A stretch of 64,000 bases of DNA from Candidatus Magasanikiibacteriota bacterium (GCA_049287025.1 JBAQFA010000051.1:1697-65696); one strand, 5' to 3'. Shown: positions 37,549 to 47,951, numbered from the stretch's first letter. Translations and numbers: made by a program. Notes: a model not told the origin generated them from the letters alone.

Positions 37549-37577
37549 TTGACAAATGATTATAATTATAGTATGAT
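37549..37577 (+). promoter_or_regulatory. sigma70-like promoter TTGACA-N17-TATGAT driving the ileS leader
   Basis: Consensus -35 and near-consensus -10 with 17-nt spacer, directly upstream of the T-box leader. Confidence 0.65.
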
Positions 37578-37583
37578 TTATTT

Positions 37584-37790
37584 AGACCCCAGCACCATAA
37601 AGTTGCGGGGCAAGCAATTATAAAAGCGTTATTACCTTGGCAATCACCAGGGGATGCTATTGGTAGAAAGCTTTGAAAGTAAGTAGAACCAATCGGGTAA
37701 GCCCGTAATAGCTGTCAATGAAGCACCAAAGTAGGGTGGTACCGTCCTAATTGGGCCCCTATGAAAGATTGGTGTTTTTATTTTTTAAAA
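37584..37790 (+). promoter_or_regulatory. T-box riboswitch leader upstream of ileS
   Basis: Conserved T-box sequence AGGGTGGTACCG at 37733-37745. Overlapping terminator hairpin CACCAA...TTGGTG (37724-37774) followed by TTTTTATTTTTT. Long structured leader. Specifier codon not confidently located. Confidence 0.75.
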
Positions 37791-37893
37791 TAATTTAACA
37801 ATAATTTGATAGAAATTTTACAAAAATTTGACAAATTTTTTTTATAGGTTTGTTAAATTTTAGTTTAATTTTTGTTAATTTTAAGTAAAATTT

Positions 37894-40800
37894 ATGTATC
37901 AAGCTAACAACGAAGAACAAAAAGTTCTAAAATATTGGGAAGAAAATAAGACTTTTGAGAAGTCTGTTTCAGAGCGTCCAGAAAATAAGCCATATGTTTT
38001 TTATGATGGCCCACCGTTTGCGACTGGCCTGCCTCACTATGGTCATATTTTAAGCTCGGTTATAAAAGATGTGGTACCAAGATATATGACTATGAAAGGT
38101 TATCGTGTCCGTCGTCGCTGGGGTTGGGATTGTCATGGTCTACCAATTGAAAACATTGTAGAAAAAGAATTAAAAGTCTCGGGTAAAAAAGATGTAGAAG
38201 AAAATTTGGGTGTAGACAAATTTAATGAGACTTGTCGATCAAAAGTTTTGACTTATACTCAAGATTGGAAAAAGATGATCAACCGGATTGGTCGGTGGGT
38301 GGAGTTTGATAATGCTTACAAAACCATGGACTCTACCTATATGGAGTCTGTTTGGTGGTCTCTAAAAACTATTTGGGAAAAGGGTTTGATTTATGAAGGT
38401 CGAAAAGTCCTCATGTATTGCCCTCGTTGTGAAACTCCAGTCTCTAAAGCCGAAATTGCTATGGATGATAGTTATAAGGATATTACTGAGGAAACAGTTG
38501 TTGCGAAATTTAAACTTAAAAATCCAGAAAAACATGGATTGCCAGATAACACATCTATACTCGCATGGACTACTACACCATGGACATTGCCAGGAAATGT
38601 GGCTCTTGCAATTGGTAAAGATATTGATTATGTTTTGGTTCATTATTTTGATTTAGGATTAGAAGCAAAAGAACAGAAGGGGTTTGAGAAATTAAAACCA
38701 AGTGTTTTTAGTTCCTATTGTTTAATTTTAGCCAAGGATAGAGTAAATGAAGTGTTAAAAGAACAACAATATGAATTGATAAAAGAGTTTAAGGGATCAA
38801 ATTTAATTGGGGCAGAATATGAACCACTATTTGATATCCCAGCGATTAATGAAACAGGGAAAAAAGCTTGGTATGTGACTGACGCTGATTTTGTTACGAC
38901 CGAAGAAGGTACTGGTGTAGTACATACGGCCGTTGTGTATGGTGAAGACGATTATAATCTTGGTTTACAAAGAGATTTGCCAGTTGTACCACTCTTGGAT
39001 GACAAAGGACATTTTAATGAATTTGCTCCAGAATTTATAAAAGGTAAATATTTTAAAGGGGCAGAAAAAGAAATTAAAGCTGATTTAGAAACTCGGGGTT
39101 TATTATTTAGTCGAGAACAACATACTCACTCTTATCCACATTGTTGGCGGTGTGATACTCAGCTTTTTTACAATGCTATTTCCGCCTGGTTTATTGATAT
39201 TCAAAAGATTAAAGATAAATTAATTAAATTGAATGAAAAAATTAATTGGTTTCCAGACCATTTGAAGCATGGACGTTTCTTAAATATTTTGGAAACAGCC
39301 CCGGATTGGAATATTTCTCGCAATCGTTTTTGGGCGACACCTTTACCTTTTTGGAAATGTGATAATAAAGAATGTGATAATCAAGTTTGTGTAGGTAGTG
39401 TGGATGAATTAAGAGAAAAAGGTGATCGAGAAATTACTAAGGTTATGTTTATGCGTCATGGTGAAGCTAATCATGAAATAGAAATGGTCAAATCCAGTGA
39501 CGTTAATAAGCACTCATTGACTGAAATTGGTAAAGAACAAATTAAAACTTGTGCCAAAAATATAAAAGACAAAGTGGATATTATAATTAGTTCGCCAGTT
39601 TTGCGTTGTCGAGAAACCGCTGAAATTTTGAGTAAAGAATTAAAGGTTGATATTGTAATTGATGATTTGATTACTGAATATAATCATGGTGGATGGAGTG
39701 AAATAAAACGAGATGAATTAGAAAAAATGGCTAGTTTTATAGAATATAAGAAAATAACTTCTTTAGAAGAAAAATTTAATTATCATTTAGGTGAAAATGG
39801 TGAATCAAGAAAGGAAATTACTGACAGAGTGGATAAATTTCTTAAAAATATTAACAAAAAATATTCTGGTAAGACTGTTTTAATTGTAAGTCATGGTGGT
39901 GTAAATGCTTCCATGAGTAAAATTTTGTCAGATGTTAATTACGAACAATATTTTTTGGAAGAAGACATTAGTCATGAGGCGCCAAAATATTTTTATATTG
40001 ATAATAATAACAAAGGTCTCGATCTTCACAAACATAATGTAGACAAAATCAAACTAAAATGTGACAAGTGTGGCGGCACAATGACAAGAATCCCAGAAGT
40101 GATTGATTGTTGGGTAGAGTCAGCTAGCATGCCATTTGCGGAGTGGCATTATCCATTTGAAAATGTAGAAACATTCAAAAAACGTTTTCCTGGTCAATAC
40201 ATTGCCGAATATATTGCTCAGACCCGAGCATGGTTTTATTACATGCATGTTATGGCAGTATTATTATTTGATGATGTGAGTTTTGAAAATGTGGTTTGTA
40301 CTGGGACGATTCTGAATGACAAAGGCGAGAAATTATCAAAATCAAAAATGAATTATACTGATCCGTGGAAAATCATTGATGAGTTCGGGGTAGATGCTCT
40401 GCGTTATTATCTTATGACTTCGGTTGTAATGCAAGCCGAAAATTTGTATTTCAATGATCGAGAAGTACGCGATGTTTATAACAAGGTCATGAATATTTTG
40501 GATAATGTGTTGTCGTTTTATGGTATGTATCACACGGAGGGCACGGAATTAAAGGATTACACGGATTCAGAAAATGTGTTGGACAAATGGATATTAGCTA
40601 AATTGAATGTATTAGTGGGTGAAGTGACAGAACACATGGACAAATATGATACAGTGCGAGCGGGCAGACCAATTAAAGATTTTATTGATGAACTTTCTAC
40701 TTGGTATTTACGTCGTTCTCGTGATCGTTTCAAAGATGAAAATGAAACTGATAAACAATTTGCTTTAGCCACTTTGCGTCAAGTTCTAGAAACTTTGTCC

Positions 40801-41451
40801 AAGCTTATGGCACCATTTACGCCATTTATTGCGGAGAAAGTTTGGTATACCGTGACTGGTAGTAAAGAGAGTGTACACTTACAGGAGTGGCCAGTGGTTG
40901 ATGAAAAAATGATTGATAAAAAGGTCTTAGGAGATATGGAGTTAGTGAGGAAGATCGTTGAATTAGCATTAGCTCTAAGGGCAGAAACAGGTCTTAAAGT
41001 TAGACAACCTATTAATAATTTGGAAGTTGCTTCAACTGTACTTGGTTCTGATTTTGGTTTGCAATTAAAGATGATGGTTTTGAGTGAAGTTAATGTAAAT
41101 ACCAATATACTAAGCTTGACAAACAAAGTTACACAAAGAGAAGGATATGTTTATAAAGAGAGCGGAGGGCTAAGTGTTGGGATTGATACAAATATAACTC
41201 CTGAACTCAAAAAGCTGGGTTTACTTCGTGAAGTTGTTCGAACGATCAACCAAATCCGTAAAGAACAAAAAATGACAATTGAAGACAGGGTGGTAGTAGA
41301 ATATAGTACAGATGATCAATTGTTGAATAGTGTATTTGTGGATTTTGCTGAAGAATTGAAAAAGTCAGTTTTGGCAACAGAGCTGAAAGTTGGGGAAACT
41401 GGTGTAGAAGTAGAAATTGATGGAAAGAAAATAAAACTAAAAGTATCTTAA
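37894..41451 (+). CDS. ileS: isoleucine--tRNA ligase, type 2 (eukaryote/Thermus-like), with an inserted ~200-aa histidine-phosphatase (PGAM-like) domain
   Basis: HIGH region PPFATGLPHYGHIL (type-2 IleRS signature). KMSKS as KLSKSK. C-terminal block LDLHKHNVDKIKLKCDKCGGTMTRIPEVIDCWVESASMPFA matches the T. thermophilus-type IleRS. An RHGE...SSPVLRCRETA...SHGG domain is inserted at 39411-40011. Confidence 0.92.
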   Translation: MYQANNEEQKVLKYWEENKTFEKSVSERPENKPYVFYDGPPFATGLPHYGHILSSVIKDVVPRYMTMKGYRVRRRWGWDCHGLPIENIVEKELKVSGKKDVEENLGVDKFNETCRSKVLTYTQDWKKMINRIGRWVEFDNAYKTMDSTYMESVWWSLKTIWEKGLIYEGRKVLMYCPRCETPVSKAEIAMDDSYKDITEETVVAKFKLKNPEKHGLPDNTSILAWTTTPWTLPGNVALAIGKDIDYVLVHYFDLGLEAKEQKGFEKLKPSVFSSYCLILAKDRVNEVLKEQQYELIKEFKGSNLIGAEYEPLFDIPAINETGKKAWYVTDADFVTTEEGTGVVHTAVVYGEDDYNLGLQRDLPVVPLLDDKGHFNEFAPEFIKGKYFKGAEKEIKADLETRGLLFSREQHTHSYPHCWRCDTQLFYNAISAWFIDIQKIKDKLIKLNEKINWFPDHLKHGRFLNILETAPDWNISRNRFWATPLPFWKCDNKECDNQVCVGSVDELREKGDREITKVMFMRHGEANHEIEMVKSSDVNKHSLTEIGKEQIKTCAKNIKDKVDIIISSPVLRCRETAEILSKELKVDIVIDDLITEYNHGGWSEIKRDELEKMASFIEYKKITSLEEKFNYHLGENGESRKEITDRVDKFLKNINKKYSGKTVLIVSHGGVNASMSKILSDVNYEQYFLEEDISHEAPKYFYIDNNNKGLDLHKHNVDKIKLKCDKCGGTMTRIPEVIDCWVESASMPFAEWHYPFENVETFKKRFPGQYIAEYIAQTRAWFYYMHVMAVLLFDDVSFENVVCTGTILNDKGEKLSKSKMNYTDPWKIIDEFGVDALRYYLMTSVVMQAENLYFNDREVRDVYNKVMNILDNVLSFYGMYHTEGTELKDYTDSENVLDKWILAKLNVLVGEVTEHMDKYDTVRAGRPIKDFIDELSTWYLRRSRDRFKDENETDKQFALATLRQVLETLSKLMAPFTPFIAEKVWYTVTGSKESVHLQEWPVVDEKMIDKKVLGDMELVRKIVELALALRAETGLKVRQPINNLEVASTVLGSDFGLQLKMMVLSEVNVNTNILSLTNKVTQREGYVYKESGGLSVGIDTNITPELKKLGLLREVVRTINQIRKEQKMTIEDRVVVEYSTDDQLLNSVFVDFAEELKKSVLATELKVGETGVEVEIDGKKIKLKVS
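39411..40011 (+). other. in-frame histidine phosphatase superfamily (branch 1, PGAM-like) domain inserted in the ileS linker loop
   Basis: Motifs MRHGEANHE (catalytic His), LTEIGKEQI, SSPVLRCRETAEIL, LIVSHGGV (second His). Flanked on both sides by bona fide IleRS sequence in the same frame. Confidence 0.8.
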
Positions 41452-41495
41452 TTATCCATATTTAATAGTGTTATTAATCACGATCAGTTTGTGTC

Positions 41496-42452
41496 GTGGT
41501 TTTTACTCATATGTTAGCTACCAGGTTATCACCCCACTTAAAAAAGTTAGTTAATAAACATCCAGCTATTTATAAACAGTTTGTACCGTCGATTAAAGAA
41601 GAAAATGATAATAATATTACACTGGTTGATCCACTAACTGAAGAACATTTTACTCCTGTCCGTGGTTTGGTGCACAAACATAGTAACCGGGCTCTGGTCT
41701 TACTAACTATGAATTGTTCCGCTTATTGTCGCTTTTGCACGCGTCGAAGAAAAGTATCTGATATTGCTAAGGGGGTTATTAGTGAGTCTGATTTGGACAA
41801 CATGGTAAAGTACATAAAGAAACATCCCAAAATTAAAGAATTAATTTTTTCTGGTGGAGATCCTTTGACTGTCCCAATAATTTTGAAAAAAGCTTTAGAA
41901 AAGTTTACCAAGCTATCACAAATAAAAGTAATACGAGTGGGGACACGTTTGATGGTTTCTAATCCTAAACTGATAAATGAAAAAGTGTTTGATGCTTTGC
42001 GTGTGGTAAAAAAACAACCATTATATTTAATGGTGCATTTTGAACATCCAACGGAAATTACCCCAGCTACGATTAAGGCTGTAAAAAAATTACAAACTGT
42101 CTCAACTATGCTTTTGTGTCAGTCAGTCTTTTTAAAAGGTGTAAATGATAAAGTAGAAATTTTGGAAGAATTATTTTCTCGTTTAATTGAAATTGGTGTG
42201 AAGCCCTATTATCTTTCTCGTTGTGATTATGTGTGCGGAGCCGAACATTTTATTGTCCCAATAAAAAAAGAAATAAAAATTTTTACTGAACTGCGTATTC
42301 GTCTTAGTGGAATTGCTTGCCCCATGTATATTATTGATGTGCCAGGTGGAATGGGTAAGGTGCCTGTACCCTTAGATTTTTGGCAGTTTGATAGTAAACA
42401 ATATAAAGATTTTACCGGGAAAAAGTTTAAGATCGTTGAATCAAAAAAATAA
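41496..42452 (+). CDS. KamA-family radical SAM protein (lysine 2,3-aminomutase / EpmB-like)
   Basis: 318 aa. CSAYCRFCTRRR = CxxxCxxC cluster followed by the RRR typical of the KamA family. Confidence 0.8.
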   Translation: MVFTHMLATRLSPHLKKLVNKHPAIYKQFVPSIKEENDNNITLVDPLTEEHFTPVRGLVHKHSNRALVLLTMNCSAYCRFCTRRRKVSDIAKGVISESDLDNMVKYIKKHPKIKELIFSGGDPLTVPIILKKALEKFTKLSQIKVIRVGTRLMVSNPKLINEKVFDALRVVKKQPLYLMVHFEHPTEITPATIKAVKKLQTVSTMLLCQSVFLKGVNDKVEILEELFSRLIEIGVKPYYLSRCDYVCGAEHFIVPIKKEIKIFTELRIRLSGIACPMYIIDVPGGMGKVPVPLDFWQFDSKQYKDFTGKKFKIVESKK

Positions 42453-42479
42453 CTTGATTTTTATATAAAAAAACAACCG

Positions 42480-43235
42480 CTAAGTAAGCGAATGTTTTTA
42501 TATTTTGGCAACGCGCCAGGCTTCATTAAACAATTTTTGTTTACTCAAGTCTTGTGGCGCGTTGTCGGTACGTGCCACCAAGACCCTGCTCAGAAAAGAC
42601 ATGGGTCTTGGCGCCCATTAGCCTAACACCTGTACAGGTGTTAAGGAACGGGAAAGGAGTACCCCGACACGGAAAAGAACTACCAAGTTGACCTATTTAT
42701 ATTCCGCTTGGTCTAGCGGGTTAGGGGTTTAAGAAAATCCCAGTTGCCAAGTATTCTTGGCTGGTCTACTGGACGTCTATGGCCCAGTATCGGATGTCGT
42801 CCCTGATTTCTCTCAGGAGCGTTTGGCGGTCCTCGTGGCTGAGGACGACCCAATGATCTTCCTCTGTCTCTTCCAGAGACGTGAGGTTGTGGTAGCCCCT
42901 TTCCAGGCGGTAGGTAACCGCTCCTTGTTCGGGCGAACCACAATCGTGATCCCAGCGGTCGGTTTTTACTTCGATCTCCACGAAGTAATCACCTCTGTCT
43001 TCGTCGAAGACAAACTTGATTTTAGTGAGAAATTCCCACCGCTTCAAGTCGTAGACCAATTCGACGATTTGATCCAGGGACAGTTCGCAAATAGCACACC
43101 GTTCAGCGTTACGATACAGCATCCTGTCCTCCTTGGCACTTATGTGCCTTTTGGGGTGCACCCCAGCCCCTTGGCAAGGGTGTCCGAGATTTCTCCCGGT
43201 GTAATTTGGCTTAATTAAGGCAAAATTACATCGAT
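42480..43235. other. GC-rich island (much higher GC than flanks): structured non-coding segment plus small endonuclease-like ORF, bounded by a 20-bp perfect palindrome
   Basis: Compositional jump visible by eye. 42480-42765 contains nested perfect hairpins (CAACGCGCCA...TGGCGCGTTG, TAAACAAtttTTGTTTA, CCAAGACCC...GGGTCTTGG, AACACCTGTACAGGTGTT, GCCAAGtattCTTGGC). Palindrome TTTGGCTTAATTAAGGCAAA at 43205-43224. Confidence 0.7.
42766..43122 (-). CDS. small PD-(D/E)xK endonuclease-like protein (Vsr/DUF559-like), 119 aa from the SD-preceded ATG
   Basis: Perfect AGGAGG Shine-Dalgarno 5 nt upstream of the ATG at 43122. Motif GDYFVEIEVK (D...ExK) and RLERGYHNLTSL resemble the DUF559/Vsr core (hxVEhDG..H...D..R...L...GY.V.R). 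High-GC codon usage unlike neighbours. Confidence 0.55.
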   Translation of the reverse strand: MLYRNAERCAICELSLDQIVELVYDLKRWEFLTKIKFVFDEDRGDYFVEIEVKTDRWDHDCGSPEQGAVTYRLERGYHNLTSLEETEEDHWVVLSHEDRQTLLREIRDDIRYWAIDVQ

Positions 43236-43379
43236 AGAAATATCTTTTTTGGTACGATTTTAACAAAACAGTATAGCATATTTTAAAGGTTTTGTCAAGA
43301 TTATCTTATCTTTTGTGTGTAGTTTGACTTTTGTGGTTTTTTTAACTAAAATAAGACAATAACTATTAATTGTTTTAAT

Positions 43380-44900
43380 ATGATAAAATATTCAATTCAA
43401 AATGAAGTCCCAAAATCAGAGGTTTTGATTTTGCCGGTATACAATGACAAAGGCCTAGATAGTTTTGCCAAAAATTTGGATAAAAAATTAGGTGGAATTA
43501 TTAGTAAGGCAATAGAAAATAAAGATTTTGAAGGCAAAAGTAAACAAATGTTGTGGTTGTTTGCCAATGATAAAAATATTCCTCGGATTTTATTGATTGG
43601 TTTAGGGAAAGAAAAAGAATTAAATGTTAGTAATTGGAAAGAAACTGTTGGCAGTGCGATTGTAGCTGTACAAAATAAAAAATTAACCAAATTATCAATG
43701 GCTGTGGGTTTGGGTATGAAAAAATTGGGTGATAAAAAAGCGAGTATGGAAGCTGTGATCGCGACAGAGGTTGGTAGTTATTCTTATGATGAACACAAGA
43801 CTGACGAAGAAGCCAAAACTGTAGCTTTGCAAAGTGTAGTTTTGGTGGGAGATTTTGATAATAAACAAAAGAAAAATTTAGAAAGCGGAATAGTTGATGG
43901 CCAAGTGATTGGTGGAGGAATAAATTTTGCTCGTCATCTTGGTAATATTCCACCTACGATTATGACTCCAGCTTTGTTAGCCAATGAAGCAGTCAAGCTT
44001 GGTAAAAATAATAAAAAAGTAAAAGTGAAAGTTTTATCTAGAGAAGAAATGACCAAACTGGGCATGGGGTGTTTATTAGCCGTGGCTCGCGGTTCAAAAT
44101 TAGAACCAAAATTTATTATTGTTGAATATACTGGCGCCGATAAAAAGCAAAAACCGAGTGTGTTAGTTGGCAAAGGGATTACTTATGATTCTGGTGGAAT
44201 TTCCCTCAAGCCCGGAGATGCTCTTATGGAAATGAAATATGATATGTTGGGAGCAGCCACAGTTTTGGGAGCAGTAAAAGTTTTGGCAGAATTGGATGTA
44301 AAAAAGAATGTGGTTGTGTTAGTTCCAGCTGCCGAAAATATGCCTAGTGGTGATGCTTTTCGTCCAGATGATATTTTGACAGCCATGAATGGTAAGACAG
44401 TAGAGATTTTAAACACTGATGCCGAAGGACGTTTAATCTTAGCTGATGCCTTATGTTATGCACACAAATATGAACCAAAAGAAGTGATTGATTTGGCGAC
44501 TTTAACAGGCGCGTGTGTGGCCGCTCTTGGTGGTGAGAGGTCTGGTTTATTTTCTCCCGAAGATAATTTAGTAGAAAAATTATTAAAATCTTCTGAAGCT
44601 GTGGGAGAAAAGTTATGGCGTTTACCTCTAGGTGAAGAATATGGTGAAGCTATGAAAAGTAAAGTTGCGGATATAAAGAATATGGGGGGAGTGGGTGGTA
44701 GTCGTTATGGTACAGCCAGTACAGCGGCCGCTTTTTTACAATTTTTTACGCAAGAGAAAAAAGGTGATGAAATGGTGTCTTACCCTTGGGCGCATATTGA
44801 TTTGGCTAGTGCTTTGTTTTCCAATTCTTCTGGTAAATCTTGGTTGCGTCATGGAGCTAATGGGTTTGGGGTACAAACGTTGGTAGAATACCTGCGTTGA
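43380..44900 (+). CDS. pepA: leucyl aminopeptidase (M17 family)
   Basis: 506 aa. NTDAEGRL signature, conserved M17 metal-binding blocks (VGKGITYDSGG, DAFRPDDI). Confidence 0.93.
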   Translation: MIKYSIQNEVPKSEVLILPVYNDKGLDSFAKNLDKKLGGIISKAIENKDFEGKSKQMLWLFANDKNIPRILLIGLGKEKELNVSNWKETVGSAIVAVQNKKLTKLSMAVGLGMKKLGDKKASMEAVIATEVGSYSYDEHKTDEEAKTVALQSVVLVGDFDNKQKKNLESGIVDGQVIGGGINFARHLGNIPPTIMTPALLANEAVKLGKNNKKVKVKVLSREEMTKLGMGCLLAVARGSKLEPKFIIVEYTGADKKQKPSVLVGKGITYDSGGISLKPGDALMEMKYDMLGAATVLGAVKVLAELDVKKNVVVLVPAAENMPSGDAFRPDDILTAMNGKTVEILNTDAEGRLILADALCYAHKYEPKEVIDLATLTGACVAALGGERSGLFSPEDNLVEKLLKSSEAVGEKLWRLPLGEEYGEAMKSKVADIKNMGGVGGSRYGTASTAAAFLQFFTQEKKGDEMVSYPWAHIDLASALFSNSSGKSWLRHGANGFGVQTLVEYLR

Positions 44901-44984
44901 GGAAAAAAGTTTAGTTGGTAAATTATTCCATTCGGCCTGAGCTCATGACCGAAGGCTAATTGACCTAATTTCTAATATCTAAAT

Positions 44985-45048
44985 AATGTCAAATGACAAA
45001 TTTTTAGAATTGGGCATTAGGATTTTTGTTAGAAATTAGAATAATTAG
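44985..45048 (+). repeat. intergenic repeat family copy B
   Basis: AATGTCAAATGACAAATTTTTAGAATTGGGCATTAGGATTTTTGTTAGAAATTAGAATAATTAG, about 85% identical to copy A. 24 nt upstream of the U32 peptidase gene. Confidence 0.8.
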
Positions 45049-45071
45049 GAATTAGAAATTTTGGAGTTTTT

Positions 45072-46346
45072 ATGAAGAAAAAAAATAAACAAAATAAATT
45101 AGAACTTTTGGCTCCAGCAGGAAGCCCTGAAAAGTTACTTTATGCTTTTGCCTATGGAGCCGATGCAGTCTACATGGGTATACCAGATTTTAGTTTACGC
45201 GTAAGAATAAATAAATTTGGTCTGGATGATGTAAAAATTGCAATTGAAACAGCGCATAAATTAAAAAAGAAAATTTATGTGACGGCCAATATTTATGCTC
45301 ATAACGAACATCTAGAAAAATTACCAGTTTATTTAAAAAAATTAAATCAGTGGCGACCAGATGCTTTGATTATTTCTGATCCTGGAGTAATGATGCTCGC
45401 GAAAAAGTATGCGCCAAAAATTAAAATTCATGTTTCTACTCAGGCCAATGTGACCAATTGGGCAGCCGCCAAATTTTGGGCAGATTCTGGAGCCAGTCGG
45501 ATTATTTTGGGTCGGGAAGTGACCCTAAAAGAAATAAAAGAGATTCATAAAAAATATCCCAAAATTGAATTGGAGTATTTTGTGCATGGCGCCATGTGTA
45601 TGAGTTATTCTGGCCGGTGTATGTTGAGTGCTTGGTTAACTGGTCGATCAGCCAATCTTGGTGACTGTGCTCAACCTTGTCGTTGGAAATACGGTGTAGA
45701 TAGTATCAGTGCAGAGTTAAGCGAACCTAATCGTCCAGACATGAAAATTCCCGTAGAAGAAGATCAAAATGGCACTTATATTTTTAATTCCAAAGACCTG
45801 TGTTTGATAGAATATTTACCAGATTTAATTGATGCTGGGGTTGTTAGTTTTAAAATCGAAGGTCGAGCTAAGAGTGTGGCGTATCTTTCTACTATTGTTA
45901 AGGCTTATTGTGAAGGGTTAAATGTAGTAGAAAGAAGAAAGGTAAAAGTAAAAAGTAGTGAATTGAAAAAAATTAAAAAGAAATATCTGGATATTTTAAT
46001 GACCCGAGGTTATACAACTGGTTTTTTGTTTGGTCGGGATACTGTAGAACAAAATACCGAGTTTAGTCATATTAATGGTGAAGAACAATTTGTGGGTGAA
46101 GTAGTAGATTGTGTTAAATTTTATAAAAAATATTTAGCCATTGTCAAAGTTCATAATGTTATAAAAGTTGGTGATAAAGTAAAGATAATGCAACCCGAGG
46201 GCGATGACTTGAGAATAACTGTTAAAAAGATGTATAATAAGGATGATAAAGAAATTGAGAGTGCTCATGGAGGGACGCAGGAATTGATGAAGATTTTGGT
46301 AAATAAAGAAATTCAAAAGTATTCTATATTGTTTAAGGCAAAATAA
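45072..46346 (+). CDS. U32-family peptidase (collagenase-like / RlhA-UbiU-like)
   Basis: 424 aa. LELLAPAGSPEKLLYAFAYGADAVYMG and Cys-containing motif CMSYSGRCMLS...CAQPCRWKY typical of U32 proteins. Confidence 0.85.
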   Translation: MKKKNKQNKLELLAPAGSPEKLLYAFAYGADAVYMGIPDFSLRVRINKFGLDDVKIAIETAHKLKKKIYVTANIYAHNEHLEKLPVYLKKLNQWRPDALIISDPGVMMLAKKYAPKIKIHVSTQANVTNWAAAKFWADSGASRIILGREVTLKEIKEIHKKYPKIELEYFVHGAMCMSYSGRCMLSAWLTGRSANLGDCAQPCRWKYGVDSISAELSEPNRPDMKIPVEEDQNGTYIFNSKDLCLIEYLPDLIDAGVVSFKIEGRAKSVAYLSTIVKAYCEGLNVVERRKVKVKSSELKKIKKKYLDILMTRGYTTGFLFGRDTVEQNTEFSHINGEEQFVGEVVDCVKFYKKYLAIVKVHNVIKVGDKVKIMQPEGDDLRITVKKMYNKDDKEIESAHGGTQELMKILVNKEIQKYSILFKAK

Positions 46347-46351
46347 TTATT

Positions 46352-47738
<1,387 letters not shown>

Positions 47739-47794
47739 ACAATAATTTTACGTAAATTTTACGGAAATTGGACAGAAATTTTTTAGAATTCAGA

Positions 47795-47880
47795 TAACAA
47801 ATAGCAGATAACAAATTAATTAATTTGTTCACTTGCTATCTGTTATCTGTTTTTTGTTATCTGTCTATTTTTGTTAATTT
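47795..47880. repeat. iteron-like array of the 8-mer CAGATAAC/GTTATCTG (5 copies, forming a long imperfect palindrome)
   Basis: cAGATAACaaatagCAGATAACaaattaattaatttgttcacttgctatctGTTATCTGttttttGTTATCTGtc. Confidence 0.6.
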
Positions 47881-47922
47881 CAGATAAAATGGCTTGTCTT
47901 AGCTAAAATATCCTATTTGACA

Positions 47923-47951
47923 TTGACAAAGGTCTATCTTTGTGATATACT
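47923..47951 (+). promoter_or_regulatory. consensus sigma70 promoter TTGACA-N17-TATACT upstream of the high-GC lipoprotein gene
   Basis: Perfect -35 (duplicated TTGACAttgaca) and near-perfect -10 with 17-nt spacer. Confidence 0.65.

Noticed and set aside
39411-40011. Possible intein in ileS
   Set aside because: No Hint-domain blocks (no N-terminal Cys/Ser splice junction motif, no terminal HN). The sequence instead carries the complete histidine-phosphatase motif set.
42690-42765. tRNA-like segment (CCGCTTGGTCTAGCGG... resembles a D-arm)
   Set aside because: No T-arm (GTTCRANTC) or acceptor stem could be found, so a cloverleaf cannot be built.
42480-42765. Identification of the GC-rich structured segment as RNase P RNA, tmRNA, SRP RNA or a hammerhead ribozyme
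   Set aside because: None of the universally conserved blocks I can recall (RNase P P4 GGAAAGUCCGG, tmRNA tRNA-like end, SRP domain IV, hammerhead CUGAUGA...GAAA) are present on either strand. Left as unidentified structured element.
42757-43218. 153-aa + strand ORF overlapping the GC-rich island
   Set aside because: Antisense shadow of the minus-strand Vsr/DUF559-like ORF in high-GC DNA. No SD, no recognisable motifs. The minus-strand frame has a perfect AGGAGG RBS and nuclease-like motifs.
43123-43266. N-terminal 48-codon extension of the minus-strand island ORF (start at 43266)
   Set aside because: The internal ATG at 43122 is preceded by AGGAGG at ideal spacing, so the extension upstream likely reflects absence of an in-frame stop rather than coding sequence.
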